A program made the translations under genes and the position numbers. Positions 10,731 to 20,944 of a stretch of 64,000 nucleotides of DNA are shown here, one piece after another; position 1 is the stretch's first letter; each line of letters opens with the position of its first letter. Origin of the DNA: Leptolyngbyaceae cyanobacterium (GTDB lineage Bacteria; Cyanobacteriota; Cyanobacteriia; Phormidesmidales; Phormidesmidaceae); assembly GCA_050331235.1 (NCBI GenBank), contig JBHJHA010000019.1, positions 62,212 through 126,211 of the forward strand, read 5' to 3'. The notes beneath the pieces are model-generated. The model did not search any database. It had not been told where the DNA came from and saw nothing but the letters and a program-made list of their open reading frames with translations.

Positions 10731-11549
10731 ATGGCATCTTCAGAACTATCCTGTGGGCAATCTGCCCTTTTATCATCAGACCTCTTGGCCTTTTACCGCC
10801 GGGTCAGTCAGTCTTTGTTGACGGTGATTGATGTTGAGACCACAGGCTCCTTGCCCTATCGCGGAGCGCGAGTGATCGAAGTTTCCGTTTTACAAGCAAG
10901 TCTTGAGGACGGCATTTTGCACCAGGAAACCCACCTCATCAATCCTGAAGTCCGGGTGCCCGCTATGATTACTCGTGTCACTGGCATCACCCAGCAGATG
11001 GTTTCCCAAGGGCTCTTTCCTGAAGAAGTCTGGCCAGACTGCCTGGATCGGTTGGAAACTGGCGTCTTGACCGCTCATAACCTAGAGTTTGACTATCGGT
11101 TTGTGCAGTCAGAGTATCGTCAGCTGGATTACACCTTTAGTCGTCCTCCCGCTGAGCAACTGTGTACCGTGCTGCTTTCTCGGTTGCTGCTGGCAGATTT
11201 GCCCTCTCGGAGCCTACCTAACCTAGTCCAGCATTTTCAATTTGACGTGGGACCGTCTCACCGGGCAGGGGCCGACACGCGGGCCTGTTGGCTACTGGCC
11301 GAGCGCCTTCTCAGGCAAATCCAAACGGAGGACGAAGCCAAGCTCATCCAACGATTTGGGCAGCAGTGGATTCGATTGAAAGATGCGGCGACGATGCTGG
11401 CACTTCCAGCCAAACAAACTCAACACATCCTGACAGAAGCAGGTATTGAAAGTCGGTTTTCCAAACGAAAAAACCGGCCTCTCTATCGCCGGGGAGATGT
11501 GGAACGAATTTGGCGCGATCGCTCCGGTGAACAGCTATCGATGCTCTAA
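10731..11549 (+). CDS. DEDDh 3'-5' exonuclease (DnaQ/epsilon-like) with C-terminal extension
   Basis: IDVETTG, AHNLEFD and HRAGAD exo motifs. Confidence 0.9.
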   Translation: MASSELSCGQSALLSSDLLAFYRRVSQSLLTVIDVETTGSLPYRGARVIEVSVLQASLEDGILHQETHLINPEVRVPAMITRVTGITQQMVSQGLFPEEVWPDCLDRLETGVLTAHNLEFDYRFVQSEYRQLDYTFSRPPAEQLCTVLLSRLLLADLPSRSLPNLVQHFQFDVGPSHRAGADTRACWLLAERLLRQIQTEDEAKLIQRFGQQWIRLKDAATMLALPAKQTQHILTEAGIESRFSKRKNRPLYRRGDVERIWRDRSGEQLSML

Positions 11550-11685
11550 ACATCGCAATGCAAGCCAACGATCTCACCATTGGCGGAGCCATGCCGCAAT
11601 CATGCTGATAACCAAGCAGGAATCTGGGCAGCGGCTGATTGCGATCACCAATTCGGGCCAATGCTCTTGTTGACTCTGATGACCC

Positions 11686-13152
11686 CTACCCACCCCCGGC
11701 AAAGAGGCCCTCTAGCTTTTTGCGCATCCAGTCGACGGGATTCTTTTCGTACTCATTGTTGATGAGCCCCAACTCTCGCAGTCGCCGCTGCTGCGTTGAT
11801 AGTTCTGCTTTGTGCTGAGCCATTTTGTCCACGATTAAGTTGTAGAGTCGCGGCTGGCTCTGCAAGATTTCTTTGAATCCCTGGGGACTAATCGCAAATA
11901 CTGTCGTGTCGGCAATCGCTTTTACCGTCACCGTACGGGGCACTCCGAGCATTAGCGAAAATTCACCGATGAAATCTTCTGGTCCTAATGTCGTCGCCTG
12001 ATCGAAACCTTGGAGCGAGTAGCTCACAGCCCCCGACAAAATGATGTAGAAGGCGTCTGCAATATCATCGACCCGATAGAGGATTTCGCCCGCTTCGAGA
12101 CGACGGCGGTGGCCAACTTCGACTAGCTTGCGCAGTTCTACGGTGCTGCAATTTGCAAAATACGAGATATTTCTTAGCAGGTCCCGTACGGCAATGGGCT
12201 GAGCATAGTTATCGACCTGAGGGGTGGGATCTTGATTGAGGTAATCTTGCTTGAGATAGTCCTCATAGGTCGAGGTGACAACCACATTGGGATTGCGATG
12301 CCAAACGTCATAGCGGGGAGCTGCTAAGCGGGTCTGATGCTGGCGCAGGTTAGATTCGATGATAAATCGCAGTGAACTTTCCGTTTTGTGTTTAAGATCA
12401 ATGCGATCGACCCAGACCCACAGCACAAAGTCTAATGAATTTGGACTAAATCCAGTGAAATAAACTTCTGGGGGAAATTCGTAGGAAACCGTTGTTTCAA
12501 GATAGGCAGAGTCAAGTAGCGCCTCAATCACAATTACAGGGTCACTACCGTGGGCGACACAAACGGAAATGGAGACCCAGCCTTTGGTATTACTGTAGGT
12601 CCAGTTGATCACCTGATGGCCAACCAAACTACTGTTGGGGATAATAATATGCCGCTTAGTGATCGTACTAATCACCGTTGAGCGCAAGGAAATTTCTACA
12701 ATGTAGCCGGTTAGCCCTTCCCATTCAATAAAGTCGCCTACTTTTAACTTTTGCTCAATGAGAATCGCTAAGCCGCTGGTAAAGTTACGGATTAAATCTT
12801 GAAAGCCAAATCCAATCCCAATGCCGAGACTCCCTACAAGTACGGCAATAGAGGCTAGATTGATGCCCAGGGACTGCAATAAAAACAAGCTGAGAATTGC
12901 CCCTATGCAGTAGCTCGCAACCGTAGAAATCGATTCGCGCGGGCCGGGCTTAAGACCCAGGCGCTTTAAAACTTGATTAGACAACAGCCGCCTAAAGCCC
13001 CAGGCAAAGAGCAATGCGATCAGCACAGCCATGGAAAATTGGGCGATCGCGCTCAAGGTCACAGAAGTATTACCCACCTGGAGAAAGGGTGTTTCAACAA
13101 CTCGCTGAATAGCGTCGAATATCCTTTGCAGCGAACCTAGAATAATTGCCAT
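11686..13152 (-). CDS. MscS mechanosensitive channel fused to a C-terminal cyclic-nucleotide-binding domain
   Basis: GIGIGFGFQDLIRNFTSG...KVGDFIE MscS core; FYIILSGAV...FIGEFSLMLGVPRTVTVKA CAP_ED motif. Confidence 0.9.
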   Translation of the reverse strand: MAIILGSLQRIFDAIQRVVETPFLQVGNTSVTLSAIAQFSMAVLIALLFAWGFRRLLSNQVLKRLGLKPGPRESISTVASYCIGAILSLFLLQSLGINLASIAVLVGSLGIGIGFGFQDLIRNFTSGLAILIEQKLKVGDFIEWEGLTGYIVEISLRSTVISTITKRHIIIPNSSLVGHQVINWTYSNTKGWVSISVCVAHGSDPVIVIEALLDSAYLETTVSYEFPPEVYFTGFSPNSLDFVLWVWVDRIDLKHKTESSLRFIIESNLRQHQTRLAAPRYDVWHRNPNVVVTSTYEDYLKQDYLNQDPTPQVDNYAQPIAVRDLLRNISYFANCSTVELRKLVEVGHRRRLEAGEILYRVDDIADAFYIILSGAVSYSLQGFDQATTLGPEDFIGEFSLMLGVPRTVTVKAIADTTVFAISPQGFKEILQSQPRLYNLIVDKMAQHKAELSTQQRRLRELGLINNEYEKNPVDWMRKKLEGLFAGGG

Positions 13153-13297
13153 TGATGTAGCATCACCTACCCTTAATCATTGGTAAAAAGCGGATACGGC
13201 GCTCGGTCTCGTGGTCGCTAGAGCGGCCTTCTAACGTAGCATTCTAAAGCGATCGATAAGGATTGATACTGATATTTGCCCCAGCGAAGATTCAGGC

Positions 13298-14176
13298 TTA
13301 GGTTGATGCAGCGATCGCCTCTAAAGCCGCTGACATAGTCTGTGGCGCATATCCCAAAGCGAAGGCGCGATCGCTGTTGAGCGAAACGTCCTGCGGTCGT
13401 GGCGTTGACAGCTTGACAGAAGACTGTAAACCCGGTCGGAGCATCGCCGTCGAGACGCCAAAACTCTGAGCCACTAGCAACCCTAACTCATAGCGATTGA
13501 GACGTTCGCGTCCTCCCAAGTGGATAATGCCGGTCACGCCTTTGGTTAACGCGAGGGCTAATCCCTGGGTGACGTCGGCAACGACAGCCGGCGTTCGCCA
13601 CTCATCGGTAAATAATGTCTGAGATTGCCCTGCCGCGATTGCTGCCAGCAAGGGCTGCACAAAACTCTGAGCCGTTGCAGTGGCCGCCCCAACCATCAGC
13701 GGCAGTCGGCAGATTGTTGCAGCTGGATACAGATTCAAGAGTTCAGTTTCGGCGATCGCCTTATGCTTGCCGTAAACATTGATCGGGTTGGAGCGATCGC
13801 TTTCGCCGTATCGCGGACTCGTCCCATCAAAGACAAGGTCTGTCGAAGTAAACATAAACGGAACTTGGGCGGCCGCACATCTTCTCGCAAGGGCTAAGGT
13901 ACCAGCAACGTTAACTTGATAGCTGTGCTCAGGAAATCGTTGGCACTGCCCGACCTGGGACAAAGCAACAGTATGGATCACAGCATCGGGCTGGACTTGT
14001 TCCCAAACTGTTTGAATAGACTGCTCAGAAGTGATATCCATCGGTTGGGTCGTCACGCTAGGATACGCAACCGTTTGACGATGATAAGTCCCCCAAAGCT
14101 GCCACTGAGCCGATAAGTCTTGGCAGATCTGCCCGCCTAACAGACCACTGGCTCCAGTTACCAATAGCGATCGCAT
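13298..14176 (-). CDS. RmlD-like NAD(P)-dependent oxidoreductase (extended SDR)
   Basis: TGASGLLG, STDLVFDG, YGKHK and PRP motifs. Confidence 0.88.
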   Translation of the reverse strand: MRSLLVTGASGLLGGQICQDLSAQWQLWGTYHRQTVAYPSVTTQPMDITSEQSIQTVWEQVQPDAVIHTVALSQVGQCQRFPEHSYQVNVAGTLALARRCAAAQVPFMFTSTDLVFDGTSPRYGESDRSNPINVYGKHKAIAETELLNLYPAATICRLPLMVGAATATAQSFVQPLLAAIAAGQSQTLFTDEWRTPAVVADVTQGLALALTKGVTGIIHLGGRERLNRYELGLLVAQSFGVSTAMLRPGLQSSVKLSTPRPQDVSLNSDRAFALGYAPQTMSAALEAIAAST

Positions 14177-14296
14177 CTAGCCCCTTCATCCGATTCCCTA
14201 CTTCGCCATGCTGCCACAGCTTTTAGACAGTGTTCAATCTTGCCAGATCGAGCTACATTGAGCCATGAGCCTGGCCTCAGCAAAGGATTTTGCCCT

Positions 14297-15661
14297 ATGA
14301 ATTCTGGTTCTCAGTCTGACCGCGACAACGGCACCTCGAGCGCTGAATCATCCACCAACACCGAATCCAAGAGTTCAGGACAGCGTCTTGCAGCTAACGG
14401 CAAAGATGGCGAAACGGCGGCCTCCCTCATTGTGACCAACGAAGGCGTCGAGGCCACGCCCGATCTGTCCCCATCTGACCATCCCGGCCAGACCGCCCCG
14501 TTTGAGGAGTCTAGTTCCATTGAGAATGGGCGCACCCCCCCGCCATTATCTCCCCGTCCTCAACAAAGCCCACCAGCCGCATTAGTCCTTCTGACGGGGG
14601 TCTTGGTCACCATTCTGGGTTTAGGTTTCAATCTTAGCTGGCTCACCCTAATCGGGTCGGTGCTGACGGTCGTCATTGCTTGGGGGCTAGTCTGGCCTTC
14701 ATTGTCCTACTTCATTGCAGAGCTGTCACCGCAGCAGCGATCGCTCATTATTGCGATTCCGGCTTTTCTCATTGGTCTTTATGGCCTCAGCGAAGCCGTT
14801 GGCATCAATGAGGCGATTCGCACCTGGGGACTCACCTTACGTTGGGATATCCTTAGCGCGTTTGGCGATTTTACCGGGGCTATTGGTCAGATTTTCGTGG
14901 CGTTGTTGGCATTATTCGTCGCTTGGCGACAGTACATCATTTCCCGCGATCTGACCGTTCAACAAAATCGTATTACCCAGCAGCAAACCATTGACGCTTA
15001 CTTTCAAGGAATTTCTGAGCTTGTCTTAGATGAAGAGGGTCTGCTGGAAGACTGGCCCCAAGAAAGGATTATTGCCGAAGCCCGCACCGCAGCAATTCTC
15101 ACCAGTATTGACGCCCCCGGCAAGGCTAAGGTTATTCGATTTTTGTCGCGATCGCGCTTACTGACCCCTCTAAGGCGCGATGAGCATTTGGGTCGACCCA
15201 TCTTAGACGGTCGTGGAGGCTATGCCGAAGATCGGGCCAAGGGAGTCCGGGTTATCAATCTGGGCGCAATTTTAGCCAACGCTGATTTATCGCATACCGA
15301 CTTGCGATGGACTGACCTCAGCGATGTCAATTTGATTCGGGCAGACCTCAGTCGCTGTGATCTTGTGCGGAGTAACTTCTCAAGAACCATTCTGTATCAG
15401 GCCAACCTCGCCGAAGCAGACTTGATGGGCGTCAAGCTTTTTTGCGGTCCGCTGACGACTGCCTCTCCCCGTAGCCGTATCTCGCCTCCCAATTTTGAGA
15501 CGGGTGAGCACACCGGCGCAGTCATCGAAGATGCTGACTTTTCTGGGGTTAAGCGCCTCTCTGAAGAACAGCGGGAATACTGTTGTCGTTGGGGGGGGGA
15601 TAAGGCTCGTGCCACGATACCCGGTGGCTGCGACGGCATTCCCAACTGTCTAGACCAGTAA
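14297..15661 (+). CDS. membrane-anchored pentapeptide repeat protein
   Basis: Low-complexity N-terminus, four TM segments, C-terminal A(D/N)Lxx repeats. Confidence 0.85.
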   Translation: MNSGSQSDRDNGTSSAESSTNTESKSSGQRLAANGKDGETAASLIVTNEGVEATPDLSPSDHPGQTAPFEESSSIENGRTPPPLSPRPQQSPPAALVLLTGVLVTILGLGFNLSWLTLIGSVLTVVIAWGLVWPSLSYFIAELSPQQRSLIIAIPAFLIGLYGLSEAVGINEAIRTWGLTLRWDILSAFGDFTGAIGQIFVALLALFVAWRQYIISRDLTVQQNRITQQQTIDAYFQGISELVLDEEGLLEDWPQERIIAEARTAAILTSIDAPGKAKVIRFLSRSRLLTPLRRDEHLGRPILDGRGGYAEDRAKGVRVINLGAILANADLSHTDLRWTDLSDVNLIRADLSRCDLVRSNFSRTILYQANLAEADLMGVKLFCGPLTTASPRSRISPPNFETGEHTGAVIEDADFSGVKRLSEEQREYCCRWGGDKARATIPGGCDGIPNCLDQ

Positions 15662-15813
15662 AAAGCTTGCGGGTAGAATGCAATTTCTCTGTAAAGAATA
15701 GAGATCGCTGGCATCCCCCGCAGGGGTTCTCGCTAGGCTGGGACCAAATTCATTGATCGCTAATTCTTTGTGCGTAAATGCGGCACGTTCGGAATCCGTG
15801 CCTTGAGGAACCG

Positions 15814-17481
15814 ATGCCCAAAACTAAAGCCAAAAAGAAAAAACCGGAAGCAGCTAAATCTACAAGTAAGGCACAGCCCCAACTATCTAGCAAAGAGCAG
15901 CGCAAACTAGAGAGAAAACAGGCTAAAGAGCGGCAGAAAATCATTCAGTTTGCTTCTCAGATTGCTGGCATCAGCCTTGTTTTAGCGATTATCGGCAGTG
16001 CGATCGTCGGTCCCAAATTGGGTATTGTCGGAGGGGCTGGGGTTGCCTGCTTAGCCCTTTGTTATCGATTCCCCCGATATGCCATTTATGGATTCATCTT
16101 CTACTTACCCATCAGCGGCACCGTGACCTATGCATTAGGCGGCAGCGCTGTGTTGCAGCTCGCTAAAGATGCCTTCTTTTTTCCAGCTTTGATTCGGGTT
16201 GTGCAGTTTTGTCAGAAATACAAACAGCCCTTGATCATTCCGCCCTTGATGAAAGTGCCACTGATTATTTATGTCACCCTCTTAGGTGCTGTCATGCTGT
16301 TTGTCAACGGCTCGCAGCAGCTCGCAGCCGATGGTGAGATCCCCATTTTACTAGGGGTTCTGGGGCTCAAGGCCCAGATAGGTTACCTACTGCTAATGAC
16401 CTGTATTTATTATCTGATCCGCACTAAGAAGGATCTGTATTTCATCCTCAGAGCGCAGGTCGTCATGATTATCATCTGTTGTGGGCTGGCCTTTTGTCAG
16501 TACTTGATGCTGCTAACAGGGATCTGTCAAGGCACAGTAGGAGAAGGAGTAGAACTCTTTAAAGCTTCTTTAGATGCACGATGCTTGGTGGGTGGTGCAC
16601 TCCTGTATGCTCCCTCCCAGGGTCAGATTCGGCTACCAGGAACCTTTGTTGCTCCTTGGCAATGGGGCTGGTTTCTGATTTCTAGCGCCTTTTTTACCTT
16701 TGGCACCGCTTTTAACGATCGCTCCCTCATCTGGAAGCTGATTGGCCTAGTTGCAATGGCGATGGTATTCGTTATGGCCTTAGTTTCTGGTCAGCGGATT
16801 GCCCTGGCGCTGGTGCCCTTCACCATTGTTTTGCTCCTGGTTATGACTGGGCAAATCGCCAACCTCAAGCGATTTTTACCCATCGGGATTGGCCTTGTGC
16901 TCGTGCTTGGCATCGCTGCCACTCAGTATCCTGACGTAGTCGCCGAACGCCTTGAGAGCTTTCAGAGCCGCTGGAGTGCTGCACCACCCCATGAATTCAT
17001 CACCCATCAACTGGAATGGGCCATGGGGGAACAACAGGGCATCCTAGGCCGAGGAGTCGGTCGCGCTACCAATGCGGCCCGTATCTTTGGCTCGACTGCC
17101 CTAGTCGAAACTTATCATTCCAAAGTGCTCTACGAAACCGGAGTGATGGGCCTAATATTCATGTTGGTAGTGTATACAGCCATTCTCATTGCCACGTTCT
17201 TGGCCTACCGGTCAATCAAAGATCCTAATCTTCGAGGTTATGGGGCCTCAATGTTTACCTTCGTTCTGTTTATCAGCTATTTCCCCTATTACTATCCCCT
17301 TGATGTTGATCCAGTGAATGTTTATTACTGGCTCGCAGCCGGGATCTGTCTCAAGCTGCCTGATATTGATCGTCAAGAGCGTTTGCAGCAGAGCGAGACT
17401 GGAGAGTCTACCCCGCGAAAGCTAACTAAAAAAGAGTTAAAAGCATTGAAAAAGTCCCAATCGACAGTGGAGTTTAGATAG
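15814..17481 (+). CDS. hpsL: hormogonium polysaccharide biosynthesis protein HpsL (O-antigen ligase-like)
   Basis: Lys-rich N-terminus, IRLPGTFVAPWQWGWFL, GRGVGRATNAAR and YYPLDVDPVNVYYW motifs. Confidence 0.78.
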   Translation: MPKTKAKKKKPEAAKSTSKAQPQLSSKEQRKLERKQAKERQKIIQFASQIAGISLVLAIIGSAIVGPKLGIVGGAGVACLALCYRFPRYAIYGFIFYLPISGTVTYALGGSAVLQLAKDAFFFPALIRVVQFCQKYKQPLIIPPLMKVPLIIYVTLLGAVMLFVNGSQQLAADGEIPILLGVLGLKAQIGYLLLMTCIYYLIRTKKDLYFILRAQVVMIIICCGLAFCQYLMLLTGICQGTVGEGVELFKASLDARCLVGGALLYAPSQGQIRLPGTFVAPWQWGWFLISSAFFTFGTAFNDRSLIWKLIGLVAMAMVFVMALVSGQRIALALVPFTIVLLLVMTGQIANLKRFLPIGIGLVLVLGIAATQYPDVVAERLESFQSRWSAAPPHEFITHQLEWAMGEQQGILGRGVGRATNAARIFGSTALVETYHSKVLYETGVMGLIFMLVVYTAILIATFLAYRSIKDPNLRGYGASMFTFVLFISYFPYYYPLDVDPVNVYYWLAAGICLKLPDIDRQERLQQSETGESTPRKLTKKELKALKKSQSTVEFR

Positions 17482-17560
17482 CGGCTATAACGAGGATCAG
17501 CGAATCAATATCGCCACTTTTCCTGACTGCCAACAGCAGTCACCCGCTAGACTATGAGAA

Positions 17561-17578
17561 GAAGTAACAGAATGTAAA
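17561..17578 (-). promoter_or_regulatory. HLR1-like (RpaB) direct repeat just upstream of crtD
   Basis: Minus strand TTTACATT-CT-GTTACTTC, immediately downstream of a -10-like TAGACT (17548-17553). Confidence 0.5.
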
Positions 17579-17582
17579 CATT

Positions 17583-19091
17583 GTGACTGGGCAATCCACT
17601 GAACAGCGAGTTGTGGTGATTGGTGCTGGCATTGGCGGATTGACAGCCGCGGCTTTATTGGCACACCGGGGGTATGACGTAGTGGCTTTTGACCAAGCCT
17701 ATGTTCCCGGCGGCTGTGCTTCCACCTTTAAGCGTCGCGGTTTTACCTTTGACGTTGGAGCTACTCAAGTGGCCGGATTAGAAGCTGGCGGTATCCACCA
17801 CACGATCTTCAATGAGCTGGACATACCCCTTCCAGAGGCGGTTCCTTGCGATCCCGCCTGCGCGGTATATTTGCCCTACGAATCCAAGCCTATTTCGATC
17901 TGGCGCGATCCCCAAGCTTGGCAGACTGAACGGCAGCAGCAGTTTCCGAGGAGTGAGCCGTTTTGGCAGTTATTGAGCACCTTGTTCCGAGCTAGCTGGC
18001 GATTTCAAAGTCGGGAGCCGGTCTTACCACCGCGCAGTCTATGGGATCTTTGGCAACTGAGTGCAGCCGTCCGACCTGACACATTGATTACAGTGCCCTT
18101 TACGTTTTCAACCGTGGGCCAGTTGCTTAAGGCAATGGGATTGTACGGCGATCGCCGCCTCAAAACATTTTTAGATCTGCAGCTCAAGCTGTACTCCCAG
18201 GTTGGCGCAGACGAAACCGCCCTTCTCTACGCCGCAACCGCGTTAGGCGTTTCTCAAGCTCCCCAGGGTCTTTACCACCTAAAGGGCAGCATGCAAGTCT
18301 TGAGCGATCGCCTCGTGGCCAGCCTTCGACGAGATGGCGGCAAGCTTCTTATGCGACACACCGTCAAGCAGATTGAGTCCAACGCTGGAAAAGTAACTGG
18401 CGTCACCGTGCGGAATCACAAAGATGACACCACTTGGACTGAGCCAGCGGATATTGTGGTTAGCAATGTCACCGTGCAAAATCTCGTCAAGCTGCTGGGA
18501 GAGACCGCTCCCCAAGGCTATCAGCAACGGGTAGAGCAGCTACCGGCTGCTTCTGGTGCGTTCGTTGTGTACTTGGGGGTTGATCAGGCGGCGGTTCCCC
18601 ACGGTTGTCCGCCTCACCTGCAATTCTTATACGACTATGATGGCCCGATTGGCGAAAATAATTCGCTGTTTGTTTCTGTCAGTCGCCCCGGCGATGGTCG
18701 CGCGCCCCAGGGCAAAGCAACCATCATTGCGTCTTCATTTACTGATTTACAGCCGTGGCAGAAGGCCGAAGATTACGATGCTTTGAAGCAGGAGTACACC
18801 CATACCGCGATCGCCCGATTGGGAGAGTTTTTCGACCTCAGGCCCGAACATTTGATTCACGTTGAAGCTGGTACCCCCCAGACTTTTGAACGTTTTACCG
18901 GGCGCGATCGCGGCGCGGTCGGCGGCTTAGGAATGCGCGTGAGCACCTTTGGCCCATTCGGGTTTGCCAACCGCACTCCCCTACCAAATCTCTGGCTCGT
19001 GGGCGACTGTACCCATCCAGGAGAAGGTACCGCCGGCGTTAGCTACTCAGCCCAAACCGTAGTCCGGCAAATTGCGGCCCAGTTCGAGTAA
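17583..19091 (+). CDS. crtD: C-3',4' carotenoid desaturase CrtD
   Basis: GAGIGG FAD motif, FDVGATQVAGLE, LDLQLKLYSQ and GDCTHPGEGTAGVSYSA. Confidence 0.9.
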   Translation: MTGQSTEQRVVVIGAGIGGLTAAALLAHRGYDVVAFDQAYVPGGCASTFKRRGFTFDVGATQVAGLEAGGIHHTIFNELDIPLPEAVPCDPACAVYLPYESKPISIWRDPQAWQTERQQQFPRSEPFWQLLSTLFRASWRFQSREPVLPPRSLWDLWQLSAAVRPDTLITVPFTFSTVGQLLKAMGLYGDRRLKTFLDLQLKLYSQVGADETALLYAATALGVSQAPQGLYHLKGSMQVLSDRLVASLRRDGGKLLMRHTVKQIESNAGKVTGVTVRNHKDDTTWTEPADIVVSNVTVQNLVKLLGETAPQGYQQRVEQLPAASGAFVVYLGVDQAAVPHGCPPHLQFLYDYDGPIGENNSLFVSVSRPGDGRAPQGKATIIASSFTDLQPWQKAEDYDALKQEYTHTAIARLGEFFDLRPEHLIHVEAGTPQTFERFTGRDRGAVGGLGMRVSTFGPFGFANRTPLPNLWLVGDCTHPGEGTAGVSYSAQTVVRQIAAQFE

Positions 19092-19362
19092 TAATTGCGA
19101 AACATCATCGAAGCAGTAACCGTTGTAGTAGCAACAGGCTCAACACCAGCCGGGCAAGCTTTGCCTTGATCGACGCGGCGCTTAAAGGAGCTAATACCAA
19201 TTCTCTAAGACTGGACTGTAGATGCATTTCTTGGAGCAATCCCCTCAACTCCCCTTGCACAAAAGGGGGCAGCAAGGGAGCCTCGACCCATAACGCTTTC
19301 ATGCAGAATCGGCACAATACCAGGCATAGCTGGTTGGCTATTTGCCTGAGAAGCAAGGATAC

Positions 19363-20337
19363 TTAGAGGACCGATTCTTGCTCCACAAGGATGCGACTCA
19401 AATCCAGATTGGGATTCGGCTCACCATTGACCGTCAGATACTCTAAGTCAATGAGAAAGGCTTCCAGCGCCGTTGGATAGTCGGGAAAACGACCGACTTC
19501 TTCTCCCGAGGTGTTGTACTCCACTAACCCCCACGTATCTGTCGGATCATAATGGGCCAGCATGTATTCCCAACCGGCATCATATTCATCCAGCAAAATC
19601 TTTTGTGCTACGTAACCAGCCAAAACACTATTTGCCCCTGGGAGGGGATCGGCTAGCGTTGAATCTTTGGTTTGGGTATACATGCTAAACGCACTAGATC
19701 GCATTTCTTCAGGGAACTGCCGCGTCACATCGACGAGGGACCCGCCTTGAAATGACAGAAAGACAATCGGAGGCCTGGAACTAGCGTAGCTGCCAAAGGC
19801 ATAGAGAAATCGCTGATCCGCGCTGAAGAATTCACGGTAACCGTCCCCATCTAAGTCTTCAAAAGATCCTGCTGCCGCCGCATCGAGCGGATACGTAATA
19901 GTGCGATGTAAGCGATCGCCCTGTAGAGAATAAATCGTGTAAATACTGCAGCAGTGCGCTCCCCCGGTGTAACGATGAAAAATCACCTCAGGTACGTCAT
20001 CGGGGTCTAAATGTTCGATCGCTAAATTACCAAATAGAAAATCAACCTCTTGTCGCACGGCCGTCTGAAATTCGCCATTAATGTAGAGTTCATAGGCCAA
20101 GTAAGCGGTTTCATCCGTACGATAATCACGTGCCTGAAACTCAGTGATCAGTATGCGTACAGGGCCTGCCACTAGTTCTTGATTAGTGAGGTCATTGCCC
20201 CCGAGGTTGATTTCTGCCAGCGGTGCTGCCCACCCAGTCGAGCCATGGCCCAGCACCATTGCCCCGACTAAAAGCATTCCCTGCAGCCAACTGTTGCCAA
20301 ATCTGATCGGCCAAGCATTATCGATTTTGCCAAACAT
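19363..20337 (-). CDS. secreted conserved hypothetical protein (YTGGAHCC motif, DxDGDG Ca-binding loop)
   Basis: 324-aa ORF with signal-like N-terminus, YTGGAHCC and DLDGDGYRE. Confidence 0.75.
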   Translation of the reverse strand: MFGKIDNAWPIRFGNSWLQGMLLVGAMVLGHGSTGWAAPLAEINLGGNDLTNQELVAGPVRILITEFQARDYRTDETAYLAYELYINGEFQTAVRQEVDFLFGNLAIEHLDPDDVPEVIFHRYTGGAHCCSIYTIYSLQGDRLHRTITYPLDAAAAGSFEDLDGDGYREFFSADQRFLYAFGSYASSRPPIVFLSFQGGSLVDVTRQFPEEMRSSAFSMYTQTKDSTLADPLPGANSVLAGYVAQKILLDEYDAGWEYMLAHYDPTDTWGLVEYNTSGEEVGRFPDYPTALEAFLIDLEYLTVNGEPNPNLDLSRILVEQESVL

Positions 20338-20944
20338 TCCATTGACTCCCTTTAGTTATTGCCGCAAATATTGACCATCAAATTTATCCTTCAGTCTGGC
20401 TTCCTCGTATACCCATTCAGTTTCACTGATAAGTCATTCTCGCCGCGATGATTCATTCCGGGCATCACAGATTAACGAACTGTTGCGTTTCGACCTAATC
20501 GTTTGTGGGACTGATCCCCCGCAGAGCCCTCGGGATCAGCTCAGGTATGCTTATGTCAGTCCGTTCTCGCTTCAGTGCTGTTGATCTTGCTATCGTGTCT
20601 CGGATAAAAAAGCGAGCTCTCTGAGCTATCAGAAACGGTAGCGTAATTCTGCGGCCTGCTTTATTTCTTTTGGTAGAGAAGTTTTGACCAACAATTTGAA
20701 AAATAATGGTTGCAAATCCATCATTTTGTTGCATCCTTTTAGAAGAGATGTTTACCATTAGATCACTGTCTTAGTCTGCGCCCACAGCCTAAAGAATGAA
20801 TGTCACTGATCTCCGACTGAGTTTATGTCACTCAAGGATGTTTGATTAGCTGATCAGCAGTTCATAAAGCTGCCCACAAGGCACTCACTTGCAATTGTCT
20901 CTGGTGAAACCGAGGTAAATCAGACTAGATTTAGGACGTTGGAA

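Noticed and set aside
20495..20758. 87-aa ORF in the long intergenic region
   Set aside because: No recognisable motif or RBS, atypical composition.
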